A DNA stretch of 64,000 nt from an uncultured archaeon (GTDB lineage Archaea; Thermoplasmatota; Penumbrarchaeia; JASLWR01), in assembly GCA_964430885.1 (NCBI GenBank), contig CAYSHM010000012.1, positions 1 through 64,000 on the forward strand. Reading direction: 5' to 3'. Every line of letters begins with the position of its first letter. The stretch's first letter is position 1. The notes under the pieces are model-generated. The model was not told the DNA's origin. It made no database searches and saw only the letters and a program-made list of their open reading frames with translations. The translations under genes were made by a program, and so were the position numbers. Shown here piece after piece: positions 1 through 10,512 of this stretch.

Positions 1-257
1 TTATTGTTATAATGAATATTTTGGTTACTGGAGGTTAATTCTCGGGCGGGCTCTATAACTGGATATTTAATAAACCGATATCATAAAAACGAGGGGTCCA
101 AATAATACCTAGAAATAGAATTAAAAACCGGACTATTCTATGTTTCTTAATTTTCCTTAGCATTGTTAATCCGTTTCAGTTTGCTCTTCTTACAGACCAT
201 ACCAATGCTAACACCACTTTCCCGATATTCAGTGTTACCGGACAAAACAATGACACA

Positions 258-3200
258 ATGTTCGGATGGAACATCTCAAGATTGGGAGATATGAACGGGG
301 ACGGTTATGATGATTTCATTGTTGGTGCGCCGGGAAACAACAGCGGTACTGGAGCAGCGTACATTTTCTATGGCGGTCCCGAATTCGATTACAATATGAA
401 TACTTCACATGCCAATGTTACCTTAGTTGGCTATTCCAAAGGGGACCTTTTCGGTTGGGATGTTGCCAGTGCGGGAGATGTGAACAATGATGGATATGAT
501 GATATCATAATTGGAGCCCCCGGCGCAGGGAAGTCCTACTTCTACTATGGAAATGGGACCAATCTATTGAACTACTCTAACAAGTGTATTTCTCCCACAT
601 CGATAGGTGGTGGTGATCCTCTTCATATGGGCGGATGGACTGCAGGTGCAGGTAGTTTTTTGGAGGGGATACTTGAGGATGACGGAACCTATTCCTTCCA
701 TGGTGCTTTGGATGGAGGTGATTCGGTTGGTTCCAAGAAGATCGAATATAATCTTTCAGCAGATGGACTGGCACCTAATCTTACCCACAAGATTGACTGG
801 ATCGAACTTGGCATCAATTTCGGATACAGCGGTGACGACAACATGCAGGAGGTGGATGACATGGACGGTTCAAATCCCGCTGAAGGTGTTGCCAACGATC
901 CTCAGAGGATAGGTCTCTATAACATATCATCCACTGAAGTAGATTGGTTATCCAATCTTACATATCTGAATGATAATTTTGAACATACCGATATTATTAC
1001 CTTCCAGCCGCCCTTCGACAATTATATCGACAACTCAACTGGTATCATAGAGGTTTACTTCGAGTTCAATTTCACCTTGGGTCCCACTGATGACGCTATA
1101 ATGGCCATTGATTACACATGGATCGATTTCTATATTGTGAATGATGAAGCTGACGTCGTTCTGAACGGTTCAAAAGCAGATAAATTTGGGTTTTCCGTTT
1201 CGGGAGTTGGAGATCTGAACAATGACGGATATGATGATGTTCTCATAGGAGCACCGTACTATGATCTTAGCGATATGGAGAACTGGTGGAATGAAGCTTG
1301 GGCCTGCAGAATGAAACTGGTTTTCGACAATACACAGCAGATGGAAACGTTGAACAATTTCCCGGTTCTTGTTACTCTAAATGAAACGAACTTCGATTAT
1401 TCCAATGCGAAAGCAGGCGGTATCGATATCAGGTTTATTGATGAGGATAATTCCACGGAATTGAAGTACCATATTGAAGATTGGAATACCAATGGCGACA
1501 GTTATATCTGGGTCAATGTTTCCCAAATAGACGGCAATTCCAATACTGATCATATTTGGATGTATTACAATAATCCTTTAGCTACCGATGTTCAAGATCC
1601 AGCAGGTACCTACGAGTCTAGTTTCAGAGGGGTCTGGCATTTAAATGAGACAGTCATTGATGAAATCGACTCAGGTATTCATTATGATTCAACCTCCAAT
1701 AATTTTGATGGAAGTCAGAACGACAATGATGAGGCTAGCGGTCAAATATCTCAATGTCAGAACTTTGATCAGGGAAACGATTATATCGAATTTGATAACA
1801 CCAATACAATGCTACCAGATGATAATTCCTGGACCTTTGATCTTTGGTTCAGAAATACCGGTTCTGTTGATATTACTGGAAATGAACGAATTTTTTATCT
1901 TTCACGCCCTGGAGGAGGTAGTGCAATCATTTTTGAACTTGAAGCCGACGCTCCTGACACCCTCAATATGGTTTATCATGATGGTGGGGGTTTCAATCAA
2001 CTTAATGTGGAAACCCTTGCGAACTTAATGAACAACTGGCACTACTTTGCCGGCACATATGATGGTATAACTTTCAAAACATACCTTAATGGAAATCTTG
2101 TTTTACAAGCATCCGACACTTTCAGCGGTTTTGGTAATGATAAAGCCGGTTTAGGAATAAATATAGCATTACTCAATCAAGATTTAGGTGGGATGGTAGA
2201 TGAAGTTCGCATTTCCAATATTGCAAGATCTCCAGACTGGATCACCGCGCAATATCTATCCATGAACAACAGCTTTGTATCATACGGTGGTGATGAAATT
2301 ACAGGCTGGTGGGCGGCTGGTTGGTCGTACCGTAAACAATTGACATTCGATAACAGCGGCCAATCGGAACATTTGGAGAATTTTCCAGTTCTGGTTACCC
2401 TCAATGATACAAACTTCAATTATTCCAACTCGAAAGCAGGCGGTGTAGATATCAGATTCGTTGATGCGGATGATTCTACGGAATTAAAATATCATATTGA
2501 GGATTGGAATTCGTCAGGGGATTCATATATCTGGGTCAATGTCACCCAAATAGATGGCAATTCCAATGCTGACCATATTTGGATGTACTACGATAATCCA
2601 AGCGCCGGGAATGTCCAGGATGCTTTCGGAACCTATGATTCCAATTATGTTGGTATTTGGCATCTTGATGAGGACGATACAGGTACGCGGAAAGACATTT
2701 TTGGAAACTATGACGGAAGTGCCATGCACTATGATGGTGATGAGGCCGTTGCAGGGATGATCGCCGGAGCGGATTTACTGGATCGTTCAAGCAATGATTA
2801 TATTGATATTGGCGGTGATGGAGGTGCACTAGATATCACAGGTGATATCACCGTGACAGCCTGGGCAAATGTTACGGGATATGCAGGAAACCACAGGCCG
2901 ATCATAGGAAAGGGAGATACACAATATATGCTGAGAGCCGACGACTCCAACTCATTTGTTTTCTTTACTCACGACGGTAACTTTCGTGAATGTCAGGCAA
3001 ATGCTGATTTTAACCAAAATAGCTGGTACTATGTAGTGGGTAGGGTTGAAGGGAACGAGGTATCCATTTGGGTGGATGGTGTAAAGCAGGCTGATACTGA
3101 AGTTGGAGGAATAACGTCCAATGCCTATGATGTTGAGATCGGCCGTAACTCCAAATATGCCGGGAGGAGATTTGAGGGTTCAATAGATGAGGTCCGCATA

Positions 3201-6200
3201 TCAAATGTCGCTAGAAGTTCGGATTGGATAAAAGCCCAGTATCTATCGATGACAAATAATTTCATATCCTTTTCAGAAGAAATGGCCCCTTTGGCGAAAT
3301 CCAACACCGGAGTGGTTTATCTCTATCTAGGGGGTGAGGAGATGGATAATTTTGCAAGCTCGGGTTTTTTCGGCAATCGTAGCAATGATTTTTTCGGCTT
3401 CTGCATGGAGGGCAATATGAATCTTAATGATGATGAGTTCGATGATATTGTCATATGCGCGCCCGGTGGAGATGTTGGTTATGCCTTTTTTGGCAAGTCA
3501 AATATGGCTGTCAAGGCAATGGCCTCAAATGCCAACCTTACCATCGCGGGCAGTATGGCCGAATCGTTTGGAAAAAGCATTTCTAGTGCCAAGGACTTGG
3601 ATTCTGATGGATTGGATGAAGTGATCATAGGAGCGCCAGGTAATAATTCCAAAACAGGTGTAGCTTACCTATTCAAAGGCTCCTATATTCATTCGCAAAG
3701 TCAGGGTGATAGGATTATTAATCTTTCAGCCGGTGATCTGGCAAATGTAACATTCATGGGTAGTTACCAGGGTGATAGATTCGGATCTATGGTTGAAGGC
3801 GGTGCAGATACAAACAATGACGGTTTGCCGGATATACTGATAAGCGCACCTAGTAATAATACTCTGAATCAGGGTGCGGTCTATCTTTTCTTTGGTGATG
3901 GGAATATGGATGCGGTTATCACAGCTGAAAATTCTGATTTCAGTTGGTTTGGAGATGTTGCAGGGGATGAATTTGGTTTTGCTATTGCTCTAGGGGGGAA
4001 TCTAGATGGAGATTCCTACAATAACCAGGAGATAATAATTGCGACACCTTTCTTTGATTCAGTAAATGGTGCGAATGCAGGAAAATTGTTCGTTTTCACC
4101 TTACCCTCTGAGCCGCTGTTCAGCAACGTTACAGCTTCCCCTGATCCCCAGGAGTACGGAGGTTATGTCAATATCAGTGCGGATGTCTATGATAACCTGA
4201 AATTATTCGGGGTTTGGGTGAATATCACGGATGTGGGCAACTTCACCATGGATTACCATCAGATCTCGGATAAATACTATTATAATGCCAGTTATACCGA
4301 TCTGGGCACTTTTACCTATGTAATTTGGGCAAATGATACCTATAATGCGTGGAACAGTTCCGGTGAACATACATTCACCATTGAGGATACAACCTTGCCT
4401 TCCATAAGCAATGTTCAGGATGAACCCGACCCCCAGGTGTACGGAGGATTTGTGAATTTTTCTGCAGCTGTCAAGGACAATGTCAACCTTTCAGGTGTCT
4501 GGATAGATTTCTCCACCATGGGGAATTATTCAATGAAATATGATGAAACATCTGAAAGGTATTTTTTCAATGAGTCTATAACATATCAAGGTAAGCACTA
4601 CTATACCATCCGCGCAAACGATACTTCAAATAACTGGAACAGCTCAGTAGAGTTCAATTTCACCATTATTGATACAATAGCCCCTGTATTATCAGATGTC
4701 CAGGCAGTCCCTGACCCACTGGAGTTCGGAGGGTCAGTGAATATCTCTGCTTCCGTGGTTGACAACGTAAATGTATCCACAGTCTGGGTGAATCTTACTG
4801 GAATTGGTAATTATTCCATGAACTATGATCCCATCTCCTTGAAATACTATTTAATAGCTCCTTTCTACATTATAGATACAATAGAATTTTCCATATGGGC
4901 CAATGATACATCTGATAACTGGAACGGTTCAGCGGACCATAATTTCTCGATGATCGATACTGGACTGCCGGTGATATCGGACCTATCTGCAACCCCTGAT
5001 CCTCAGGAAATGGAAGGTTATGTGAATATCACCGCCATTGTGAACGACAATGAGAACATATCCGGGGTTTGGATCAACATAACAGGTTTTGGTAACTTCA
5101 GCATGGAATATGATCTATTATCAGGCAGATATTACTTCAACCGAACCTATTCAATTCTTGGGATTCACGAATTCAGGATATGGGCCAATGATACCTCAAA
5201 TAACTGGAACTCCTCGCCACTGGACAGCTTTCAAATAATCGATTCGACCCCGCCTGAGATCACACAGGTATCAGCTTCACCCAATCCCCAGGAATTGGGA
5301 GGATATGTGAATATTACTGCTCTTTTGAGTGATAATGAGAACATATCAACTGTTTGGGTCAATATAACGGGATTTGGTAATTATTCAATGGAATATGATC
5401 AATTATCCAGCAGTTATTACTTCAACCGAACATATTCCATTTTGGGTGAACATGAATTCAGGATATGGGCCAATGATACCTCTGACAACTGGAACTCTTC
5501 TATCCTGGTGACCTTCCAGATAATTGATACCGCGCTGCCTGAGATCATACAGGTCTCGGCAGTCCCCGACCCACAGGAATTCGGGGGATATGTGAATATC
5601 ACAGCCATTGTGAACGACAATGAGAACATATCCGGTGTTTGGGTAGAGATAAATGGCTTTGGGAACTTCACCATGGAGTATGACCAATTATCTGGCAGAT
5701 ATTATTTTAACAGGACCTATTCAATCCTTGGAGAACACCAATTTGTCATATCCGCGAACGATACCTCTGACAACTGGAATTCCTCATTACAGGAGAACTT
5801 TCAAATTATTGATACTACCCTCCCTCTCATTATGCAGATCTCCGCGGCTCCCGATCCCCAAGAGTACGGGGGGCATGTAAATATCACAGGTACCATAATC
5901 GATAATGTCAATATATCCGAGGTTTGGGTGAACATAATCGGAATTGGTAATTATTCAATGGTTTTCCATCCCGCATCCGGTAGTTATTATTTTAACCAAA
6001 GCTATTTTCAATTGGGAAATCATGAATTCTCTGTCTTGGCCCGGGACAGTTCCGGCAACTGGAATGATTCAGGCCCATATGTATTCACCATTCGGGATAC
6101 GATCAACCCGCTTGTGTCCAATCTATTGGTATCCCCCAATCCACAGGTTGCCGGGGAGCCTATCAATATATCTATAGAAGCTGTAGATCTTGTGGGAGTG

Positions 6201-9200
6201 TCCCAAGCATGGATCTGGATCGATACCCCAGATAGGGTAATGCTTAACCAAAGCATGAGTAATTCAGGGCCCTCCACTTGGTTCTATGAAGCGATATTTA
6301 CAACCTCAGGTGATTATACATTCCAGATAAGCGTAGCTGACGGTTCGGATAACTGGATGAGCTCACAAGAGTCAGATTTCACAATAATCCCATCCGATCC
6401 CTACAATGTGACAAAAGTGTCCGGTGACGGTCAGACGGGTATTGTGGGCACCGAGTTGGCTCAGATGTTTGAGATCAGGGTAACTGACAGATATGAAAAT
6501 GCAGTACCGGGTGCAAGGGTATGGTATGATATTGTATCTGGCGGAGGGACCCTGGATGGGTCGCCGCCTCTTGTCACGGACTCACAGGGTTCGGTTATGG
6601 CGGGATATAAACTGGGGGTCAAAGCTGGTGTCAATACCGTATCCATGAACATCACGGGAGAGGGTACCGATACCGTGATATTTGATGCATTTGGAGAACC
6701 AGGCCAGCTATATGGACTGGCCGTTATTGCGGAGAACAACCAGAGCAGTATCAGCTTGAAGGTGAATTCCACATCGGTCTTTAGAATAAATGCTTGGGAT
6801 AGGTACTATAATCCCATATCTCCTGAAGGGGTAAATTGGTCCACGGACGCTGGTTTGATAATTGGATCCAATGAAACACACTGTACCTTCAGAGCAGATA
6901 CAATACCCTTGGAGAATGGTTATGTCAGGGCCAGCATAGGTTTGATCCAGAATCAGAGTCTGGTAAATATTATACCTGGGGATCTGGCGTTGATCGTGAT
7001 CGAACCGTCCGAAACGGTTATTGAGGTGGGGGAAGAAATTGAATTTACTGCCGAAGGTTTTGATGCTTTCAACAATTCACTGGATATTTTGGTGGATGAA
7101 TGGGCCAGTGATATAGGTATAATCAGATCTTTCAGTGATACCGCTGCAGTTCTTAAGGTTCAGGGAAATCCTGGGGAGGGCTTTATCACCGCAAGAACAG
7201 GTGAAATAATTGGTGTTTCTTCAATAACCGTTATCGGTAAGATATATCCTCCCATAATAAACGGCATAGTGCCCGATATCCAATTGATAGAGGATCAATC
7301 CCGGCATATACTCATACTTTCACCCTATGAGTTCGATTTTGATGACCCCCCTGAAGACCTCAGATGGTATATTACGGATATCGACGAGTCCAAATTCAGT
7401 GTCAGCGGCCAGGGTTCAGATGATGACAGGATGATAATCACTGTAGTTCCAAATGCATTTGGTGATACCCTGACTAAACTTTGGCTCTTCGACGCAAAGG
7501 GTTATAATGTGACCCAGGAACTGTGGATCAATATAACGCCGGTGAATGATAAACCAGTGATCGCTGATTGTCCAGATCTTATAGTCCATTATGATGACCC
7601 TCTGACCTTTGATTACACTCCTTATGTCAGCGATATTGAGACTCCTGTGGATAAACTGAATATGTCGGTTGCCGAGAACCAGCTAGAAGAGGACCATGTG
7701 GAGGTGAATGGTCTGAAGGTCACTTATCTCTATCCGGAGGCAATGCTCGGTGAATCGGTGATAATTACTTTGACAGTTGACGATGGAGAGGATTTCTATT
7801 CAGACAGCATCATTGTCCGAATTACCGAGGATTATGTTCCTGAACTTGTTGAGGACATACCGGATGTTATCCTTTATGAGGGTGAGACAAAGACCAATGT
7901 ATTCAATCTTGATGATTTCTTCATAGATCCAGACGAGGACGACATCTATTATTCTTACGGACAGTCGATGATAACGGTGAAGATCCATGAGAACAATTCG
8001 GTGGATATTGCATCTTTGGGAGATTGGTATGGGACTGATACTGTTACATTCAGAGCCGAAGACCCCATCGGAGCTATTGCTGAAGATACCATAACCATAA
8101 CCGTTCTGCCTGTTAACGATCCTCCTGTTATAGCTGGAGTTCCAGACCTTTGGGTTCACTATGACGCGGATTATTATTTTGACCTGTCACCCTATATAGA
8201 AGATATTGACAACAATAGGACAGACCTATACCTTACCTTCTCAGATGCATTAACGGATGATCCAGAATATCACATATTGATCCATGAAAATACTCAATTC
8301 ATAATGAAATTGAACTATCCCATGTCAATGCTGGGTGAGACGAAACAGGTCAAGATAATGGTTCATGACGGATCGGATTTTTCATATCAGAAAATAAATG
8401 TCACAGTAACGGATGATTGGCCCCCGATTGTCCGCAGACAGCTCCCGGATGTTGATTTCGATGAGGACACCTATATCGAAAATGTATTTAGTCTGAATTA
8501 TTTCTTCCATGACCGTGATGATGATCTCCTTTATTATACCTACGGCAATGAAAATATACTGGTTAATATCAGTTCCAACTCCTCGGTCAATTTCACCGCA
8601 CCGGAGAACTGGTTCGGTTCCGAATACGTACTGTTCAGGGCCACGGATCCCACAGGGGCCCTTGTGGAAACGGGTATAAATGTTACAGTGCACCCGGTAA
8701 ATGATCTGCCTGAGATATTCAATCTGTTCGATCAAAACCATGAAGTCGGGTTTTGGACAATTTCTCTTGGAGATAAACTGAGAGATGTAGATGACCCGCT
8801 CCACACTCTGGAGTTGACGGTGACCAGCAAGAATGAGAATCTAAAAATATTGGTGAATGGTCTAGACATTACCCTCTTGGCCGATGAACCCCTGGAGACT
8901 AAACTGATAATCAATGTGTCAGATGGTGAAGGTCAGATAAGCAGAGAATTGGCTGTTACGGTAACACCAGCTAGGGATGATGGAACATCGAGTTCAGCCA
9001 ATCTGCCCTTATTCCTGCTCCTCCTTTTAATCGTTCTCATACTGGTGCTGTTCTTTTTCCTCCAGTCATATTATGGACATTATAAGGTGGACAATCTCTA
9101 TCTAATCCATAAAAATGGAATACTTATAAAGAACTTGATACGAAAAGAAAGGACCCACTTGGATGCGGATATCATATCTAGCATGTTCACGGCAGTACAG

Positions 9201-10490
9201 GATTTCATTGATGATTCTCTTTCGGATATTAATGATCCAGATAAGGCTCCGATAAAAAAACTTGAGTTCGGGAACCGGAACATCATTCTGGAGAGAGGGA
9301 ACGATGTGTATTTGGTTCTGATTGTAAAAGGAAAACCAGGAACTGCACTCCAGACTAAAATGAGCTGGGTGTTATCCCAGGTTGAAAGTGATTATGAAAG
9401 CTTGAGTGAATGGGATGGAGATGTTGAAAAATTGGAAGGTATAGAGGACCATCTGAGAGCTTTGATAAAAGATGGTCATTCTGCAGAGGACCTGATATTA
9501 GGGAAAGATGGATATCTGAAAAAGGAAGAAGAAGAAGACCTTGGGAGCAAGGTTGCTGCTGTTGCTGCTGTTTCGAATAGGGGAAAAGACCTCGAAATGG
9601 ATATTGATGCTGATGATGACGATGTGATCCATGAGTGGGCAGAAGCTGAAACTGATGATGACGATATTGTTGACGATCAATTTGATGGTTATAGTGAGAT
9701 TTCTTCTTCTGAGATAGACGAAGATGGGGGGGATGAATCAGATGTGAATGGAGCATTAACAGACAATATTTCTTTAGATGATATGCTGATAACCACTGAT
9801 GATGATGCGATAGATATTGAAGAAGCGGATTCTTCGGTTGCTGATGAAAATGATTTGGAAAAGATGGAGTCAGATGATTCAGGATCTCCGGAAGATGAGT
9901 TCCATGAAGAAGAAATTGATGAAAAAGTAGTTCATGACGAAGAATTGAATGAATTCGATGAATATGATGAAGTAGAAACTGAATATGCAGAAGATGCGGA
10001 TGTAGCTAGTTATACTAGGGATGAGACTGAACCTTATGAAGAGGAACTTGATGATCACGATGATGAAGAATCGGAACATATGGAATCTGAAACTGACGAT
10101 GACGATAGTGATTATAGTGACCAATATGATCAGGATGATATTGAAGAAGAAATACATGGGACGGATGCTGAAGATGATTTTGAGGAGGACCTTGAGGGTA
10201 TAGAACAATGGGATAATGATGAAGAAGAAGATGTTGAAGTTTGGGGAGTTGGTTCTGAAGAGGACGATGACCGACAGGAAGAGGAAGAGTCTGAACTAGA
10301 TGATCCTTCAGAAAATCCTGAGGAAAATGATAATACCGTTTTGGATGATGAACACGATGAACATGATGAATCAGTTAAGGAAAATGAGATTATATTTGAA
10401 ATAATTGAAGAAGGTGCCGGAGATTCTGAAGATTCCGAGGAATCTCAAACAACTCCGGAGGAAAATAAAGAATTGGAGTTCTGGAATTAA
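258..10490 (+). CDS. Giant single-pass surface protein: 7 FG-GAP repeats, 2x (DUF2341 + LamG-like), Ig-like and cadherin-like repeats, TM, cytoplasmic longin-like domain, acidic tail
   Basis: 3410-aa ORF with repeated FGxxxxxxGDxNxDGYDDxIxGAP motifs, duplicated WWxxxW.R..L.FDN...NFPVLV (DUF2341-like) and G.IDEVRIS...RS.DWI (LamG-like) blocks, TM LPLFLLLLLIVLILVLFFFL and a D/E-rich C-terminus. The frame is open upstream to 87 and encodes a signal peptide, so the true start is probably near 102-105. Confidence 0.85.
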   Translation: MFGWNISRLGDMNGDGYDDFIVGAPGNNSGTGAAYIFYGGPEFDYNMNTSHANVTLVGYSKGDLFGWDVASAGDVNNDGYDDIIIGAPGAGKSYFYYGNGTNLLNYSNKCISPTSIGGGDPLHMGGWTAGAGSFLEGILEDDGTYSFHGALDGGDSVGSKKIEYNLSADGLAPNLTHKIDWIELGINFGYSGDDNMQEVDDMDGSNPAEGVANDPQRIGLYNISSTEVDWLSNLTYLNDNFEHTDIITFQPPFDNYIDNSTGIIEVYFEFNFTLGPTDDAIMAIDYTWIDFYIVNDEADVVLNGSKADKFGFSVSGVGDLNNDGYDDVLIGAPYYDLSDMENWWNEAWACRMKLVFDNTQQMETLNNFPVLVTLNETNFDYSNAKAGGIDIRFIDEDNSTELKYHIEDWNTNGDSYIWVNVSQIDGNSNTDHIWMYYNNPLATDVQDPAGTYESSFRGVWHLNETVIDEIDSGIHYDSTSNNFDGSQNDNDEASGQISQCQNFDQGNDYIEFDNTNTMLPDDNSWTFDLWFRNTGSVDITGNERIFYLSRPGGGSAIIFELEADAPDTLNMVYHDGGGFNQLNVETLANLMNNWHYFAGTYDGITFKTYLNGNLVLQASDTFSGFGNDKAGLGINIALLNQDLGGMVDEVRISNIARSPDWITAQYLSMNNSFVSYGGDEITGWWAAGWSYRKQLTFDNSGQSEHLENFPVLVTLNDTNFNYSNSKAGGVDIRFVDADDSTELKYHIEDWNSSGDSYIWVNVTQIDGNSNADHIWMYYDNPSAGNVQDAFGTYDSNYVGIWHLDEDDTGTRKDIFGNYDGSAMHYDGDEAVAGMIAGADLLDRSSNDYIDIGGDGGALDITGDITVTAWANVTGYAGNHRPIIGKGDTQYMLRADDSNSFVFFTHDGNFRECQANADFNQNSWYYVVGRVEGNEVSIWVDGVKQADTEVGGITSNAYDVEIGRNSKYAGRRFEGSIDEVRISNVARSSDWIKAQYLSMTNNFISFSEEMAPLAKSNTGVVYLYLGGEEMDNFASSGFFGNRSNDFFGFCMEGNMNLNDDEFDDIVICAPGGDVGYAFFGKSNMAVKAMASNANLTIAGSMAESFGKSISSAKDLDSDGLDEVIIGAPGNNSKTGVAYLFKGSYIHSQSQGDRIINLSAGDLANVTFMGSYQGDRFGSMVEGGADTNNDGLPDILISAPSNNTLNQGAVYLFFGDGNMDAVITAENSDFSWFGDVAGDEFGFAIALGGNLDGDSYNNQEIIIATPFFDSVNGANAGKLFVFTLPSEPLFSNVTASPDPQEYGGYVNISADVYDNLKLFGVWVNITDVGNFTMDYHQISDKYYYNASYTDLGTFTYVIWANDTYNAWNSSGEHTFTIEDTTLPSISNVQDEPDPQVYGGFVNFSAAVKDNVNLSGVWIDFSTMGNYSMKYDETSERYFFNESITYQGKHYYTIRANDTSNNWNSSVEFNFTIIDTIAPVLSDVQAVPDPLEFGGSVNISASVVDNVNVSTVWVNLTGIGNYSMNYDPISLKYYLIAPFYIIDTIEFSIWANDTSDNWNGSADHNFSMIDTGLPVISDLSATPDPQEMEGYVNITAIVNDNENISGVWINITGFGNFSMEYDLLSGRYYFNRTYSILGIHEFRIWANDTSNNWNSSPLDSFQIIDSTPPEITQVSASPNPQELGGYVNITALLSDNENISTVWVNITGFGNYSMEYDQLSSSYYFNRTYSILGEHEFRIWANDTSDNWNSSILVTFQIIDTALPEIIQVSAVPDPQEFGGYVNITAIVNDNENISGVWVEINGFGNFTMEYDQLSGRYYFNRTYSILGEHQFVISANDTSDNWNSSLQENFQIIDTTLPLIMQISAAPDPQEYGGHVNITGTIIDNVNISEVWVNIIGIGNYSMVFHPASGSYYFNQSYFQLGNHEFSVLARDSSGNWNDSGPYVFTIRDTINPLVSNLLVSPNPQVAGEPINISIEAVDLVGVSQAWIWIDTPDRVMLNQSMSNSGPSTWFYEAIFTTSGDYTFQISVADGSDNWMSSQESDFTIIPSDPYNVTKVSGDGQTGIVGTELAQMFEIRVTDRYENAVPGARVWYDIVSGGGTLDGSPPLVTDSQGSVMAGYKLGVKAGVNTVSMNITGEGTDTVIFDAFGEPGQLYGLAVIAENNQSSISLKVNSTSVFRINAWDRYYNPISPEGVNWSTDAGLIIGSNETHCTFRADTIPLENGYVRASIGLIQNQSLVNIIPGDLALIVIEPSETVIEVGEEIEFTAEGFDAFNNSLDILVDEWASDIGIIRSFSDTAAVLKVQGNPGEGFITARTGEIIGVSSITVIGKIYPPIINGIVPDIQLIEDQSRHILILSPYEFDFDDPPEDLRWYITDIDESKFSVSGQGSDDDRMIITVVPNAFGDTLTKLWLFDAKGYNVTQELWINITPVNDKPVIADCPDLIVHYDDPLTFDYTPYVSDIETPVDKLNMSVAENQLEEDHVEVNGLKVTYLYPEAMLGESVIITLTVDDGEDFYSDSIIVRITEDYVPELVEDIPDVILYEGETKTNVFNLDDFFIDPDEDDIYYSYGQSMITVKIHENNSVDIASLGDWYGTDTVTFRAEDPIGAIAEDTITITVLPVNDPPVIAGVPDLWVHYDADYYFDLSPYIEDIDNNRTDLYLTFSDALTDDPEYHILIHENTQFIMKLNYPMSMLGETKQVKIMVHDGSDFSYQKINVTVTDDWPPIVRRQLPDVDFDEDTYIENVFSLNYFFHDRDDDLLYYTYGNENILVNISSNSSVNFTAPENWFGSEYVLFRATDPTGALVETGINVTVHPVNDLPEIFNLFDQNHEVGFWTISLGDKLRDVDDPLHTLELTVTSKNENLKILVNGLDITLLADEPLETKLIINVSDGEGQISRELAVTVTPARDDGTSSSANLPLFLLLLLIVLILVLFFFLQSYYGHYKVDNLYLIHKNGILIKNLIRKERTHLDADIISSMFTAVQDFIDDSLSDINDPDKAPIKKLEFGNRNIILERGNDVYLVLIVKGKPGTALQTKMSWVLSQVESDYESLSEWDGDVEKLEGIEDHLRALIKDGHSAEDLILGKDGYLKKEEEEDLGSKVAAVAAVSNRGKDLEMDIDADDDDVIHEWAEAETDDDDIVDDQFDGYSEISSSEIDEDGGDESDVNGALTDNISLDDMLITTDDDAIDIEEADSSVADENDLEKMESDDSGSPEDEFHEEEIDEKVVHDEELNEFDEYDEVETEYAEDADVASYTRDETEPYEEELDDHDDEESEHMESETDDDDSDYSDQYDQDDIEEEIHGTDAEDDFEEDLEGIEQWDNDEEEDVEVWGVGSEEDDDRQEEEESELDDPSENPEENDNTVLDDEHDEHDESVKENEIIFEIIEEGAGDSEDSEESQTTPEENKELEFWN
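4110..6395 (+). repeat. Intragenic tandem repeat, 8 units with exact 285-nt (95-aa) period, Ig-like stalk
   Basis: The (D/N)P(Q/L) codons recur at 4143, 4428, 4713, 4998, 5283, 5568, 5853 and 6138. Units 4-6 share long near-identical DNA stretches. Confidence 0.9.
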
Positions 10491-10512
10491 AATTTAAACA
10501 AACAAGGTGAAA

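Noticed and set aside
4110-6395. Repeats as a CRISPR array or DGR template/variable pair
   Set aside because: They are in-frame 285-nt coding units with no spacers. Differences are not adenine-specific, and no cas or reverse transcriptase gene is present.
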